A stretch of 37,560 nt of DNA from Chiloscyllium plagiosum (GCF_004010195.1 NC_057757.1:8480739-8518298), one strand, 5' to 3'; shown: positions 11,044 to 25,200, numbered from the stretch's first letter. Program-made: numbers and translations. Notes: generated by a model from the letters alone, not told the origin.

Positions 11044-11048
11044 TTATA
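11044..11048 (-). promoter_or_regulatory. Candidate TATA box for the GPR139-like gene
   Basis: AGTATAAGGC on the minus strand, about 90 nt upstream of the ATG. This is a motif match only. Confidence 0.3.
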
Positions 11049-11370
11049 CTGTGTGGAAGCTCCTTGGGGAGATCGAGGTGACAGCATTGCTCGGCTTTGT
11101 TGCTGTTTTTCACATTTCTGGAAATGAACAAACCCATTACAATAACAAGTGTAATCCTGATTACAGAGGGGGGTTACATGATAATGAAATAACAAAAGCA
11201 GAATCTGGAATCTGCCAGCAATAACGCTGTCCACTCAAACACCATGAGCCCCATCCCGAGATCACACCCTATTTCATGATGTGAAGGTGCTGGTGTTTGA
11301 CTGGGGTGGACAAGTTCAACCTGTTGGACTAGAACCTGGTGTTGTGTGAATTTTGACAAATTATTTCAAT

Positions 11371-12763
11371 TGATGCGGCATCGAGACAGTTCATTCCAAG
11401 TGTGAACATATGTCTCTGAGCTGTCCTTCTGTGCTCTAGGGTAGGAGCTGCCCTCTTTATACAAGAACATTTCACTCACTGAGTGAAATGTGATTCTTCT
11501 TACACAGTGAAGGGTCCCAAGACGGAAGATGAGACGTTATTCCTCCAGGCATCGGATGGTGAGGGAGTGGCGATAGATGAGGCCCGTCATCAGCAGAGTG
11601 CGAGAGCGAATTGAAATATTCGGCCACAGGATGAAACCTTCAGCCCGATGGCATCAATGTGGATTCACCGCTTTCCTCATTTCTCCTCCCGATACCTTAC
11701 CCCAGTTCCACCCTGCCAGCTCAGCACCGCCCTCATGACCTGTCAATCTTCCTTCCCCCTGTTCACTCCACCCTCCTCTCTGACCTATCACCTTTACCTC
11801 CACCTCCATCCACCTACTGCCCTCTCAGCTACCTTCTCCCTAGCCTCACCCCTCTCCCATTTATCTCTCCACACCCGAGGCTCCCAATATCATTCCTGAT
11901 AAAGGGCTTTTGCCCGAAACATCGGTTTTCCTGCTGCTCGGATGCTGCCTGACTGCTGTGCTTTTCCAGCACCACTCTAATCTTCACTCTCATCTGCAGC
12001 ATCTGCAGTACCTACTTCCACCTAGTTCCTCCTTAAAACAAGTTCAACAACTTCAACAGGAATGTTCTGAATGAATCTGAGCAGGTGTCCCCTAATACTG
12101 GAAAGGTCAAATCATTACAAAAATAAGCCAATACCAATATACACAGTCCCTTCTTCATTAGGAACCATGTTACAATATCCTTTAATTACAGACATACTGT
12201 ATTAAATTACAGACTAATCCTTTTTGACCGCTTAAGTCCTGAATCACTTGGTGATTTATGCAGTCTCTCCCTCCCCTCTCTCTCTCTGGCTGTGTCTCTG
12301 GGTCTGCGAAGCTTCTTTCTCTCTCCCTTAATCTCTGTCTGGAAGATCAGCTTGATTCTGGTTGCTCAGCTCGTCCCTGAGTGGTCAGCCTGTCTCTGGT
12401 TGGTGAGCTGGTCTCTGGTTGGTGAGCTGGTCTCTGCCCCTGGCTGTGCTGGTCTCTGCCCCTGGCTGTGCTGGTCTCCTCAGAACACCTCCAGAAGATT
12501 TCAGAAATCCATCTGCAGGTGAATCCTGTTTTTGTTCCTTTCTCGATGGTTTCTCGGAATGCTTGAGAGTTCTGACCAATCAGGAGAATCCATTAATAGT
12601 CTGAGACATTGTCAATCGTTTGGATGGTTTGTTCCTGATGGTTTTGTTGTGTCGCAGGCCCCAGTGCCTTTCTGTCCTGGCCCTCCATTGTTTGATGGGT
12701 AAGTTTTTGGGGATATGTCTGCCCGTGTCCATTGATGTTTTAGCTGCCAAGGGGACTGCTACA
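11371..12763 (-). mobile_element. Possible LTR, interrupted by the Penelope-like insertion
   Basis: The minus strand starts TGTAGCAG immediately after the purine tract GGGAAGGGGAAA and could end ...CCGCATCA (weak terminal inverted repeat). It contains 19-bp and 22-bp internal tandem duplications (12396-12477) and a CCAAT motif. No TSD was found. Confidence 0.3.
11506..12023 (+). mobile_element. Penelope-like element with 5' inversion (GIY-YIG C-terminal remnant plus 3' end with hammerhead core)
   Basis: 11506-11630 reads on the minus strand PVAEYFNSLSHSA...LEE*RLIFRLGTL. From about 11633 the plus strand continues TLQPDGINVDF, followed by a C-rich 3'UTR and CTGATAA-agggc-tttt-gccc-GAAAC at about 11896-11920. 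Confidence 0.8.
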
Positions 12764-12764
12764 T

Positions 12765-13390
12765 TTCCCCTTCCCATACTGTACTTCACCCACTCCTCAC
12801 ACTCTCATTCACCCCTCCCCACATTTTCCTTTCTTCCCCCTCACAGCTCTCTCATTTCTCCCCCCCCCTCCACACTTTCCTTTCTCTTCCCTCTCCACAC
12901 TCTCCTGTCTCACATCTCTCAACACTCTCTTTCCCCAGTTCTCCATGATCTCCTCAGAACCTCCTGACTACACTCTCCTGTCTCCTCCCTTCCTGCACAT
13001 TCCTCTTCCCCTCCCTGTTTTCTCTCTCCCCCTCCCCCGGCTATCCTTTCTCCCACACNNNNNNNNNNNNNCCCTTCTCCCCCACTTTGAGCGCTCTTTC
13101 TCAGTTTCCCCTGCCCACCTCTCCCCAACTCACACACTCTTCCCCCTCCCAGCTTGCTCTCTCTTCCCCACAATGTCCCCTCCCTGTGATCTCCTTTGCC
13201 CCCTCCCCCTGCTGTCTGTCTTCCCTCCCCCATGTTCTCTTTATCCCATCATCCCTATGTTCCCTCTCTCCCCCAAGTTTTCTTCCCCCCTGCGATCTCT
13301 TTCTCCCATCCCTGCAGCGTCGTAATGCCCTGCTTCCCCAGAAAATATTTACCCCCCTTAAACTTATGCTCCCTCCTTCCCTCCCCCTCT
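12765..13390 (+). repeat. C/T-rich low-complexity tract (includes a 13-N gap at 13059-13071)
   Basis: Long, strongly pyrimidine-biased stretch of ctctcc/cttccc motifs. Confidence 0.85.
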
Positions 13391-13434
13391 AACTAAAGCA
13401 TATAAGGAGTGGGGGAGAGCGCTGTGCCGTTGGA

Positions 13435-15637
13435 CGGCAGATGAATATGTCTCTAAAGAATTGGTGCAGGGGGCAGGGATTCAGAGTTGGAGATCATTGG
13501 GATCTTTTCTGGGGCAGAGATGACCTGTCTAAGAGGGACGGGTTACACCTGAACTGGAAGGGGACCAATATCTTGGCGGCCAGGTTTGCTCATGCTCCAA
13601 GGGAGAGTTTAAACTAGATTGGCAGGGGGGTGGGATCCTCGACAGCAGGGAGGCAAGTGTGAGGCTCAAGGAGATACAGTAATCAGAAAGAGGAATTTGA
13701 AGAGACAGGTCAGACTGGAATGTGACAGGGAGCGAGGATTACCTAGTGGATTAAATTGCATCTATATCCATGCAAGAGGGCTGACAGGGAAGGCTGATGA
13801 ACTCAGGGTGTGGATAGGTACGTGGGACTGGGAAATTGTACCCGTTACAGAAACCTGGCTAAGGGAGGGACAGGACTGGCAGCTTAACGTACCAGGGTAC
13901 TGGTGCTTTAGGTGGGACAGAGGGGGTGGAAGGAGGGGAGGGGGTCATCCAGTGAGGCTTTGTGGGTGGAGCTAAGAAATAAGAAGGGGATGGCGATGTT
14001 ATTGGGCTTGTACAAGGACCCAAAACAGGTGTGTTCAAGGGATACCCTGGCGGCAAATAAGGGATACAGGAGTTTACTGGAGAAGGAAATCAGGAGGGCC
14101 GAAAGAGAGCACGAGATATCCCGGGCTGAGATGATTAGGACGAATTGAAAGAGGTACTTTAAGTGCATTAATGGGGAAAGACTGATTCCAGAGAGGATAG
14201 TGCCCCTCAAGGACCAAAGTGGACATGTCTGTGTAGAACCACAGGAGATGTGCGAGGTTCTCAACGAATACTTCTCCTGTGTATTTTCCACGGAGGAAGA
14301 CATGAAGATTTGGGAATTTGGTGGAGTTAGTGTTGATGCTGTGCAGACAGTCCATATCTCAGTAGAGGACGTGTTCGATGTATTCAATGTATGAAAGTGG
14401 ATAAATCTCCTGGTCCTGTAGCACTGAAAGAGGCGAGAGAAGAAATTGCAGGGGCCCTGGCTGATAGTTTTGCATCATCGCTCGCCACGTGTGAGGCCCT
14501 TGAAGACTGGAGGGGAGCGAATATTGTGCCATTATTCTCGAAGGGCTACAAAGGCAAACATGTGAACTATCAACCAGTAAATCTAACATCTGTGGTGGGT
14601 GCGTTACTTGAGAAGATTCTGAGGGAGAAGAAATACATGCGTTTGGAAAAGCAGGGTTTGATAGGGAGTAGTCAGCACGGCGTTGTGAATGGGAGACCAT
14701 GACTCACATATTTGTTGGTGTTCTTTGATGAAGTGACCAGGAAAGTTGACAAGAGCAGGACAGAAGACGTAATCCATATGGATTTCAGGAAGGCCTTTGA
14801 TAAGGTTCCACAAGGGAGGGTGCTCTGGAAGATTAGATCGTATGGAATCCAGGGGGAGCTGGATACACAATTGGCTTGGTGGCAGGAAGCAGAGGGTAAT
14901 AGTGGAAGGATGCTTGTCAGACTGGAATGCCTCAGGGGTTGGAGCTGGGCCCATTGCTGTTTGTTATCGATATCAATGTTTTGGATGAGAACGTACAAGG
15001 GCATGATTAGCAAGTTTACTGATGACACTAAAACAGGCAGATTCATGGACAGTGAGGACAGAAATTGCAGCAGGACCTTGATCAGCTGGGAAGGTGGGCT
15101 GAGAAATGGCAAATGGAGTTTAATATTGATAACGATGAGATCTTGCCTTTTGGAAAGTCAAATCATGGGAGGATTTTCATCGTGGATGGTAGGGCCTTAA
15201 GGAGTGTAGTGGGAGAGAGGGGCCTTGGAGTTCAGGTGCACGGTTCTCTGAAAGTGGACTCACAGGTAGACAGGGCAGGGAAGAAAGCTTTGGACACACT
15301 GGCCATCATCAGTCAGGGCACTGGGTATAGAAGGTGGGAAGTTATGTTGCAGTTATACAGGATGTTGATGAGGCCACACTTGGAGTATTGTGTTCAGGTT
15401 TGGTCACCTTGCTATAGGAAGGATGTTATTAAACTAGAAAGAGTGCAGAAGAAATTTACAAGGATGTTGCCAGGGCTCAACGGTCTGAGTTATAGGGAGA
15501 AGTTGGACAAGCTAAAATCTTTTTCTTTAAAATGTAGCAGACGGGGGTGGGGGGGTGGGTGTAGGCTGGGGAATCTTGTAGAGGTGCATAAGATTATGAC
15601 AGGCATGGATTGGGTCAATGCACAGTCTTTTTTTGGT
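13435..15637 (+). mobile_element. Internally deleted CR1/HER1-like LINE (ORF1 end, APE endonuclease and RT remnants), truncated at the satellite
   Basis: ORF1 end FWGRDDL.KRDGLHLNWKGTNILAGRF; endonuclease LNCIYIHARGLTGKADEL..VTETWL; RT MDFRKAFDKVPQ and SKFTDDTK; C-terminal LMRPHLEYCVQVWSP. Multiple frameshifts. Confidence 0.9.
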
Positions 15638-15982
15638 AGGGCATGTTGTTTTTCCTGTTCCACAGTTCCACAAATTCCATGAGATGACCATGTTGTGTTT
15701 ACTGTTCCACTGTTAATCAGATTCCAGTGAGTTGGGCATGTTGTTCTTCCAGTTCCACATTTCCACAGATTACCAGAAGCTGGTCATGCTGTTTTTACTG
15801 TTCCACAGTTCCTCAGATTCCAGGGAGCTGGGCATGTTGTTTTCACTGTTCCACAGTTCCTCAGATTCCAGGGAGCTGGGCATGTTGTTTTCACTGTTTA
15901 ACAGTTCCTCAGATTCCAGGGAGCTGGTCATGTTGTTTTTCCTGTTCCACAGATCCTCGGATTCCACGGAGTTGGGCATGTT

Positions 15983-16236
15983 TGATTAGATTAGATTCTC
16001 TCTCATGCCCAACAAGTCCACACCGGGCCTCTGAAGAGTTCCCCACACAGACCCATTCAGCCACACCCTACAAATGCACCTGTCACCGTGGGCAATTTAG
16101 CACGGCCAATTCACCTGACTTGCACATCTTTGGATTGTGTTAGGAAACAGGAGAACGCGGAGGAAACCCACACAGACACAGGGAGAATGTGTACACTCCA
16201 TGCAGACAGTCACACAAGCTGGGAATCTACCCGGGT
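15983..16236 (-). mobile_element. 5'-truncated HE1-type SINE inserted in the satellite
   Basis: Reverse complement of the (AATCT)n tail (gattagattagatt), gggcaatttagcacggccaattcacctga and the V-SINE core; it breaks off just past a B-box remnant. Confidence 0.85.
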
Positions 16237-19200
16237 CAGATTCCAGGGAGTTGGGCATGTTGGTTTTACTGTTCCACAGTTCCTCAGATTCCAGGGAGCT
16301 GGGCATGTTGTTTTTGCTTTTTCAAAGTTCCTCAAATTCCTGGGACCTGGGCATGTTGTTTTGACTGTTCATCAGTTCCTGATATTCCAGGGAGCTAAGC
16401 ATGTGTTTTGTCACTGTTCTACAGTTCTTCAGATTCCAGGGAGATTTGCAAATTTATCTTCCTGTTCTATATTTTCTCTGATTTCAGGGAGCTGGGCATG
16501 TTGTTTCTATGGGTTCACACTTCGTCAGATTCCAGAGAGTTGAGACTATTGTTTTTAGTATTCCACAATTCCTCAGATTCCAGGGAGATGGGCATGTTAT
16601 TTTTTCCTGTTCTACAGTTCCTCAGATTCCAATTAGCTGTGCATGTTGTTTTTCATGTTCCACAGTTCCTCAGAGTCCAAGGAGCTGGGCCTGTTGTTTT
16701 TACTGTTCATCAGTTCCTGATATTCCAGGGAGCTGAGCATGTGTTTTTTCACTGTTCCACAGTTCCTCAGATTTGAGGAATCTGTGACATGTTTATCTTC
16801 CTGTTCCATTTTTCCTCTGATTCCAGGGAGCTGGGTATGTTGTTTCAACGGGTCCACAGCTGCTCAGAGTCCTGGGAGCTGGGAGTTTTGTTTTTTTTTG
16901 GTTTAACAGTTTCTCACATTCCATGAGTTGAGCATATTGTGTTTACTGTTCCATATTTCCTCTGATTCCAGGGAGTTGGGCATGTTGTTCTTCCTGTTCT
17001 ACAGTTCCTCAGATTCAAAGAAGCTGGGCATGTTGTTTCTCATTTTTCACAGTTCCTCAGATTCCAGTGAGCTGTGCATGTTGTATTTACTGTTCCACAG
17101 TTGCTCAGATTCCAGGGAGATGGGCATGTTCTTTTTACTCTTCCGGCATTTCCTAGGATTCCCGGGAGCCGGACATTTTTTTTCACTGTTCTTCATTTAC
17201 TCATATTCCACGGAGTTGGGCATGTTGTCTTTCTGGTTCCACACGTCCTTTGATTCCAGAGAGGTGGGGAATTGTTTTTCGTGTTCCACCATTCCTCAGA
17301 TTCCAGGGAGTTGGCCATTTTGTCTTTACTTTTCCTCAGTTCCTCATATTCCAGGGAGCTGTGCATATTGGCTTTTGCTGCTCTGGCATTCCAGGGAGTT
17401 GTGCACATCATTTTTACAGTTTTTACTGTTGTCCAGTTCCTCAGATTCCAGGGAACTGGGCATGTTGTTTTCTTTCGTGTTCTGGAATTTTCTCACATTC
17501 CAGGGAGTTGGGCATGTTGCTTTCCTGTTCCACAGTTCCTCTGATTCCAGGAAGATAGGCATGTTGTTTCTACTGTTCCAGAGTTCTACAAATTCCATGG
17601 AGCTGGACACGATGTTTGTCCAGTTCCAATGTTGCTCACATTCAATGAGTTGAGCATGTTGTGTTTACTGTTCCACAATTCCTCAGATTCCAGGGCACTG
17701 TGCATGTTGTATTTACTCTTCGACGGTTCCTCAGATTCCATGGAGCTGGGCATGATGTTTTTACTGTTCCACAGTTCCTCAGATTCAAGGGAGCTGGGCA
17801 TTTTGTTTTTACTTTTCCTCAGTTCCTCTGATCCCAGAGCGCTGGGCATGTTGTTTTCTCCCATTTTCTTGCATTTCCTCAGATTCCAGGGAGCTAGGAA
17901 TTTTTTTTTTAATGTTCCATAGTTCCTCAGACTCCAATGAGCTAGGACTTTTTTTTTAACTGCTCCACAGTTCCTCAGATTGCAATTAGCTGAGCATGTA
18001 GTTTTTCCTGTTCCACTGTTGCTCATATTCCAGTGAGCTGGGCATTTTATTTTTACTGTTAAGCAGTTCTTCAGATTCCGTGGACCAGGGCATGATGTTT
18101 TTCCTGTTCCACAGTTCCTCAGATTCCACGGAGCTGGCCATATTGTTTTTCCTGTTCCACAGTTCCTCAGATTTCAGGGAGTTGGGCATTTTGTTTATAC
18201 TGTTCCATTATTCCTCTGATTCGAGGGAGCTGGGCATGTTGTGTTTACTGTTCCACAGACCTTAAAAATCCAGAGAGTTGGGCATTTTGTTTTTAGTTTT
18301 CCACAGTTCCTCAGATTCCAGGGAGCTGTGCATATTAGTTTATACCTGTTCCACAGTCGCTCACATTCCAGAGAGTTGGGCATTTTGTTTTTAGTTTTCC
18401 ACAGTTCCTCAGATTCCATTGAGTTGGGCATTTTTTTTTACTGTTCCACTGTTCCTCACGTTCCATGGATTTGGGCATGTTATTATTTCCTGTTCCCCAA
18501 TTCCTCAGATTCCTGGGAGCTGGGCATGATGTTTTTACTGCTCTTCAATTCATCATGCTCCAGGGAGGTCGGTTTTATTTTTACTGTTGCACAGTTCCTC
18601 TGTTGCCAGGGAGCAGGGTTTTTTTTTTTACTGTTCCACATTTCCTCAGATTCCAAGGACCTGGGCATGTTGTATTTACTGTTCCACAGTTCCTCAGATT
18701 CCAAGGAGCTGGGCATGTTCGTTTTACTGTTCCCCAGTTCCTCAGATTACAGTCAGCTGGGTCTGTTGTTTTTCTTTTTTCATTGTTCCTCAGAATACAG
18801 CAAGCTGGACATGTTGTTTTTACTGTTCATCAATTCCTGATATTCGAGGGAGCTGAGAATGTGTTTTTTTCTCTGTTCCACAGTTCCTCAGATTAGAGGC
18901 AGCTGTGTAATTGTATCTTCCTGTTCCATATTTCCTCTGCTTCCAGGGAGCTGTGCATGATCGTTTTTCTGTTCCACAGTTCCTCAATTCCAAGGAGTTG
19001 GGCTTTTTTTTTTAACTGTTCCACAGTTCCTCAAATTCCATGGATCTGGACATAATGTTTTTTCTTGTTCCACTCTTGCACAAATTCCGTGAGTTGAGCA
19101 TGTTGTGTTTACTGTTCCGCAGTTCCTCAGATTCCAGGGAGCTATGCCTGTTCTTTTTACTGTTAAACACTTTCTCAAATTCCTGAGAGTTGGCGAACAT

Positions 19201-22200
19201 TGTTCTTCCTTTTCCACAGTTCCTCAGGTTCCAGGGAGCTGGACATATTGTTTTTACTGTTCCACGGTTCCTAGGATTCCAGAGAGTTGGGCACGTTGTT
19301 CTTCCTGATCTACAGTTCCTTAGATTCCAAGGAGCTGGGCATGTTGTTTCTACTGTTCCACAGTTCCTCAAATTCCAGGGAGTTGTGCAAATTAATCTTC
19401 ATCTGATTCCAGCAAGCTGGGCATGATGTTTTCACTATTCCTCAGTTACTCATTATCCAGGGAATTGAACACATTGCTTTTCCGTTTCCACCGTTCCTCA
19501 GATTCCAGAGAGGTTGGAATATTGTTTTTAGTGTTCCACCATTGCTCTGAGATTGGCATGTTATTTTTTCCTGTTCTGCAGTTCCTCACGTTCCAGCGAG
19601 TTGAGCAATTTGCCTTTACTTTTCCTCAGTTCCTCAGATTCCAGGGAGCTGTGCATATAGCCTTTTTCCTTTTCCTGCTTTTCCTCAGATTCCAGAGAGT
19701 TGGGCATATTGTTTTTAATGTACGACAGTTCGTCAGATTCCAGTGAGCTGGGCATGTTACTTTTTCCTGTTCTGAAATTTCGTCAGATTCCAGGTAGCTG
19801 GGCATGTTGTTTGTTTCCTGTTCTGGCATTTCGTCAGATTCCAGGGAGTTGGGCATGTTTGTTTTTACTGTTCCACAGTTCCTCATATTACAGGGAGCTG
19901 GGCACGGTATTTTTTTTCTGTTCCACAGTTCCTCTGATTCCACGGATCTGTGCATATTGCTTTTTCCTGTTCTGGCGGTTCCTCACATTCCAGGGAGTGG
20001 GGCATGTTGTTTTTACTGTTCCACAGTTCCTCAGATTCCAGGGAGTTTGCATTTTATTTTTACTTTTGATCAGTTCCTCAGATTCCAGTGAGCCGGGAAA
20101 GTTGTTTTCCTGTTCCACTGTTATTCAAATTCCATGAGTTGTGCATGTTGTGTTTACTGTTCCACAGTTCATCAGATTCCAGGGAGCAAGGAGTTTTTGT
20201 TACAGTTCCACAGTTCCTCGGATTCCAAGGAGCTGTGCATGTTGTTTTTTCTGTTCCATGTTTCCTCAGATTCTCGAAGGCCGGGCTTATTGTTTTTCTG
20301 TTCCTCAGTTCATCAGATTCCAGTGAGCTGGGCATGATGTTTATCCTTTTCCACCATTCCTCGTATTCCACGGAGCTGGTCATGATGATTTTCCTGTTCC
20401 ACTATTGCACTAATTTTGTGAGTTGAGACATGTTGTATTTACTGTTCCACAGTTGCTCGGATGCCAGAGTGTTGTCCATGTTGTTTTCACTGTTCCCCAG
20501 TTCCTCAGATTCCAGAGAGATGCCCATGTTATTTTTGCTGTTCCAAAGTTCCTCAGATTCCAAGGAGCTGGGCATGTTGTTTTTACTGTTCCACATTTTG
20601 TCAGATTCCATGGATCTGGGCATAATGTTTTTCTTGTTTCACTCTTGCACAAATTCCGTGAGTTGAGCATGTTGTGTTTACTGTTCCGCAGTTCCTCAGA
20701 TTCTAGCGAGCTGTGCATGTTATTTTTTACTGTTCCACATTCTGGGCATGTTGTTTTTACTGTTCCACAGTTCCTCAGATTCCCTGGAGCTGGGCATGTT
20801 GTTTTTACTGTTCCACAGTTCCTCAGATTCCAGCAAGTTTTGCAAATTAATCTTCATCTGATTCCAGCAAGCTGGGCATGATGTTTTCACTGTTCCTCAG
20901 TTTCTCATTATCCAGGGAGTCGAACACATTGCTTTTCCGTTTCCACCCTTCCTCAGATTCCATAGAGTTGGGAATATTGTTTTTAGTGTTCCATCATTGC
21001 TCAGATTGCAGGGAGATGGGCATGTTATTTTTTCCTGTTCTGCAGTTCCCCACATTCCAGCGAGTTGGTCATTTTGCCTTTACTTTTCCTCAGTTCCTCA
21101 GATTGCAGGCAGCTGTGCACATTGCTTTTTCCTGTTCCGGCATTTCCTTAAGTTCCAGGGAGTTGGGAATTCAGTTTTTACTGTTCCACAATTCCTCACA
21201 TTCCAGGGATTTGGGCATGTAACTTTTTTCCTGTTTTGGCATTTCCTCAGATTCCAGGATGTTGGGCATGTTGTACATTTCCTCAGATTCCAGGGAGCTG
21301 GACAGTTTGTTTTCACTGTTCCATATTTCCTCTGATTCCAGGGAGCTGCGCATGTTCTTTTTATTGTTCCACTGTTCATGAGATTCCAGGGAGCTGGTCA
21401 TGATGTTTTCCTGTTCCACCATTACTCGGATTCCAGGAGATGCTCATGATGTTTTTCTTGTTCCAATTTTGCACAAATTCCGTGAGTTGAAGCATGTGGT
21501 CTTTACTGTTCCACAGTTGATCAGATACCAGGGAGCTGTGCATATTTTTTTCACAGTTCTGCAGGTCCTCAGATTCCAGGGAGCTGGGCATTTTTTTTAT
21601 TACTCTTCCACAGTTCCTCAGATTCCATGGATCTGGGCATAATGTTTTTCTAGTTCCACTCTTGCACAAATTCCGTGAGTTGAGCATGTTGTGTTTACTA
21701 TTCCACAGTTCCTCAGATTCCAGGGAGCTGTGCATGTTCTTTTTACTGTTCCACTGGTGCTCACATTCGCTGAGCTGGGCTTGTTGTTTTTACTGTTTAA
21801 CACTTTCTCAAATTCCTGAGAGTTGGGCATATTGTTCTTCCTGTTCCACAGTCTCTCAGATTCCAGGGAGTTGGGCATGTTGTTTTTATACTGTTCCACA
21901 TTTCCTCAGATTCCAGGGAGCTGTGCAAATTTATCTTCCTGTTCCATATTTCCTCTGATTCCCACGAGCTGGGCATGATGTTTTCACTATTCCTCAGTCA
22001 CTCATTATCCAAGGAGTTGAACACATTGCTTTTCCGTTTCCACCGTTCCTCAGATTCCAGAGAGGTGGGAATATTGTTTTGAGTGTTCCACCATTGCTCA
22101 GATTGCAGGGAGATTGGCATGTTATTTTTTTCCTGTTCTGCAGTTCCTCACGTTCCAGGGAGTGGGGCATTTTGCCTTTACTTTTCCTCAGTTCCTCAGA

Positions 22201-25200
22201 TTCCAGGCAGCTGTGCATATAGCTTTTTCCTTTTCTGGCATTTCCTCAGATTACAGAGAGTTGGGCATGTCGTTTTTACTGTCCCACAGTTCGTCAGATT
22301 CCAGGGAACTGGGCCTGTTATTTTTTCATGTTCTGGCATTTCGTCAGATTCCAGTGAGTTGGGCATGTATTTTTTTTAACTGTTCCACAGTTCCTCAGAT
22401 TCCAGGCAGCTGTGCATATTGCTTTTTCCCGACAGTTGGGAATATTGTTTTTGTGCTCCACCATTCCTCAGATTCCAGGGAGACGCGCATGTTATTTTTC
22501 CTGTTCTGCACTTCCTAACGTTCCAGTGAGTTGGGCATTTTGTCTTTACTTTGCCTCAGTTCCTCAGATGACGGGAAGCTGTGCATATTGCTTTTTCCTG
22601 TTCCGGCATTTCCTCAGATTCCAGGGAACTGGGCACGTGTTTTTCTGTTCCACATTTCCTCAGATTCTAGGGTGATGTGCATATTTCTTTTTCCTGTTAC
22701 GACATTTCCTCAGATTACAGGGAGCCGTTCATGTTGATTTTCTGTTTCCACAGTTCCTCACATTCCAGGGAGCTTGTCATATTGTTTTTCCTGTTCCACT
22801 GTTCCTCAGATTCCAGAGAGCAGGGCATGTTGGTTTCACTGTTTAACAGATCCTCAGATTCCAAGGAGCTGGGCATGTTGTATTTACTGTTCCACATTTC
22901 CTCAGATTCCAGGGAGCTGGGCATGTTGGTTTTACTGTTCCCCATTTCCTCAGATTCCAGGGAGTTTTTTTTACTGTTCCACAGTTCCTCAGATTCCAGG
23001 CAGCTGTGCATATAGCTTTTTCCTTTTCTGGCATTTCCTCAGATTACAGAGAGTTGGGCATGTCGTTTTTACTGTCCAACAGTTCATCAGATTCCAGGGA
23101 ACTGGGCATGTTATTTTTTCGTGTTCTGGCATTTCGTCAGATTCCAGGGAGTTGGGCATGATTTTTTTTACTGTTCCACAGTTCCTCAGATTCCAGGCAG
23201 CTGTGCATATTGCTTTTTCCCGACAGGTGGGAATATTACTTTTGTGTTCCACCATTCCTCAGATTCCAGGGAGACGCGCATGTTATTTTTCATGTTCTGC
23301 ACTTCCTAACGTTCCAGTGAGTTGGGCATTTTGTCTTTACTTTGCCTCAATTCCTCAGATAACGGGAACCTGTGCATATTGCTTTTTCCTGTTCCGGCAT
23401 TTCCTCATATTCCAGGGAACTGGGCATGTTTTTTTTTACTGTTCCACAGTTCCTCAGATTCCATGGATCTGGGCGTAATGTTTTTCTTGTTCCACTCTTG
23501 CACAAATTCCGTGAGTTGAGCATGTTGTGTTTACTGTTCCACAGTTCCTCAGATTCCAGGGAGCTGGGCATGTTGTTTATACTGTTTAACACTTCCTCAA
23601 ATTCCTGAGAGTTGGGCACATTGTTCTTCCTTTTCCACAGTTCCTATGATTCCTGGGAGTTGGGCATGTTTTTTTTCCTGATTCACATTATCTCAAATTC
23701 CATGAGTTGCGCATATTGTTTGTACTGTTCCACTATTCTTCAGATTCCAGGGAGATGGGCATGTTGTTTTTCCAGTTGCTCAGTTCCTCAGATTCCAGGG
23801 GGCTGGGCATTTTGTTTCTCTTGTTCCACACTTCGCCAGATCCCTGAGAGCTGGGCATGTTGATTTTACTGTACCTCTGTTCATCAGGTTCCAGGGAGCT
23901 GGGCATGTTGTTTTTATGGTTCCACAGTTCCTCTGATTCCAGGGAGCAGATCATGTTGTTTTTCCTGTTCCACATTTCCTCAGATTCTAGAAAGCAGGGC
24001 TTGTTGTGTTTACTATTCCACAGTTTCTCAGATTCCAGTGTGCTGGGCATGATGTTTTTCCTGTTCCACTGTTGCTCAGATTCCAGGGAACTGAGCATGT
24101 TGTTTTTACTGTTCCACAGTTCCTTGGATTCCAGAGAGTTGGGCATGTTGTTCTTCGTGTTCTGCTGTTCTTCAGATTCGAAGGAACTGACCATGTTACT
24201 TTTCCTGTTCCCCAGTTGTTCAGATTCCATGGAATTGGGTCTGTTGTTTTTACTGAGCCACAGTTCCTCAGATTCCAGTGAGCTCTGCATGTTGTATTTA
24301 CTGTTCCACAGTTCCTCAGATTCCAGGCAGCTAGGCATGTTGTTTTTCCTGTTCTACAGTTCCTCAGATTCCAATTAGCTGTGCATGTTGTTTTTCATAT
24401 TCCACAGTTCCTCAGAGTCTACAAAGCTGGGCCTGTTGTTTTTACTGTTCATCAGTTCCTGATATTCCAGGGAGCTGAGCATGTGTTTTTTCACTGTTCC
24501 ACAGTTCCTCAGATTTGAGGAATCTGTGCATGTTTATCTTCCTGTTCCATATTTCCTCTGATTCCAGGAAGTTGGGCATGTTGTTTCAACGGGTCCACAG
24601 CTGCTCAGAGTCCAGGGAGCTGGAAGTTTTTTTTTTCTGGTTTAACAGTTTCTCACATTCCATGAGTTGAGCATATTGTGTTTACTGTTCCATACTGTTC
24701 CACTATTCCTCAGATTCCATCGAGCTGGGCATATTGTTTTTACTTTTCCTCAGTTCCTCTGATTCCAGGGCACTGGGCATGATGTTTTTCTCCCATTTTC
24801 TGGCATTTCCTCAGATTCCAGGGAGCTAGGAACGTTTTTTTTTTATGTTCCATAGTTCCTCAAATTCCAATGAGCTAGGATTTTTTTTTAACTGCTCCAC
24901 AGTTCCTCAGATTGCAATTAGCTGAGCATGTTGTTTTTCCTGTTCCACTGTTGCTCGTATTCCAGTGAGCTGGGCATTTTACTTTTCCTGTTCCACAGTT
25001 CCTCAGATTCCACGGGGCTGGCCATATTGTTTTTCTGTTCCACTGTTGCTCAGGTTCCAGGAGCTGGGCATTTTGCTTTTACCGTTAGACAGTTCCTCAG
25101 ATTTCAGGGAGTTGTTTATACTGTTCCACTATTCCTCTGATTCGAGGGAGCTGGGCATGTTGTGTTTACTGTTCCACAGTTCCTCAGATTCCAGAGAGTT

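Noticed and set aside
10956..11234. N-terminal extension of GPCR exon 1 suggested by ORF 10875..11234
   Set aside because: No receptor-like features. The ATG at 10955 gives the short N-terminus expected for this family, and a TATA-like motif lies within the extension.
12919..13396. Pro/Leu/Ser-rich and Gly/Glu-rich ORFs
   Set aside because: By-products of the C/T low-complexity tract, and two of them cross an N gap.
13435..15637. Active full-length LINE
   Set aside because: Large internal deletions, frameshifts, stops and a missing 3' end.
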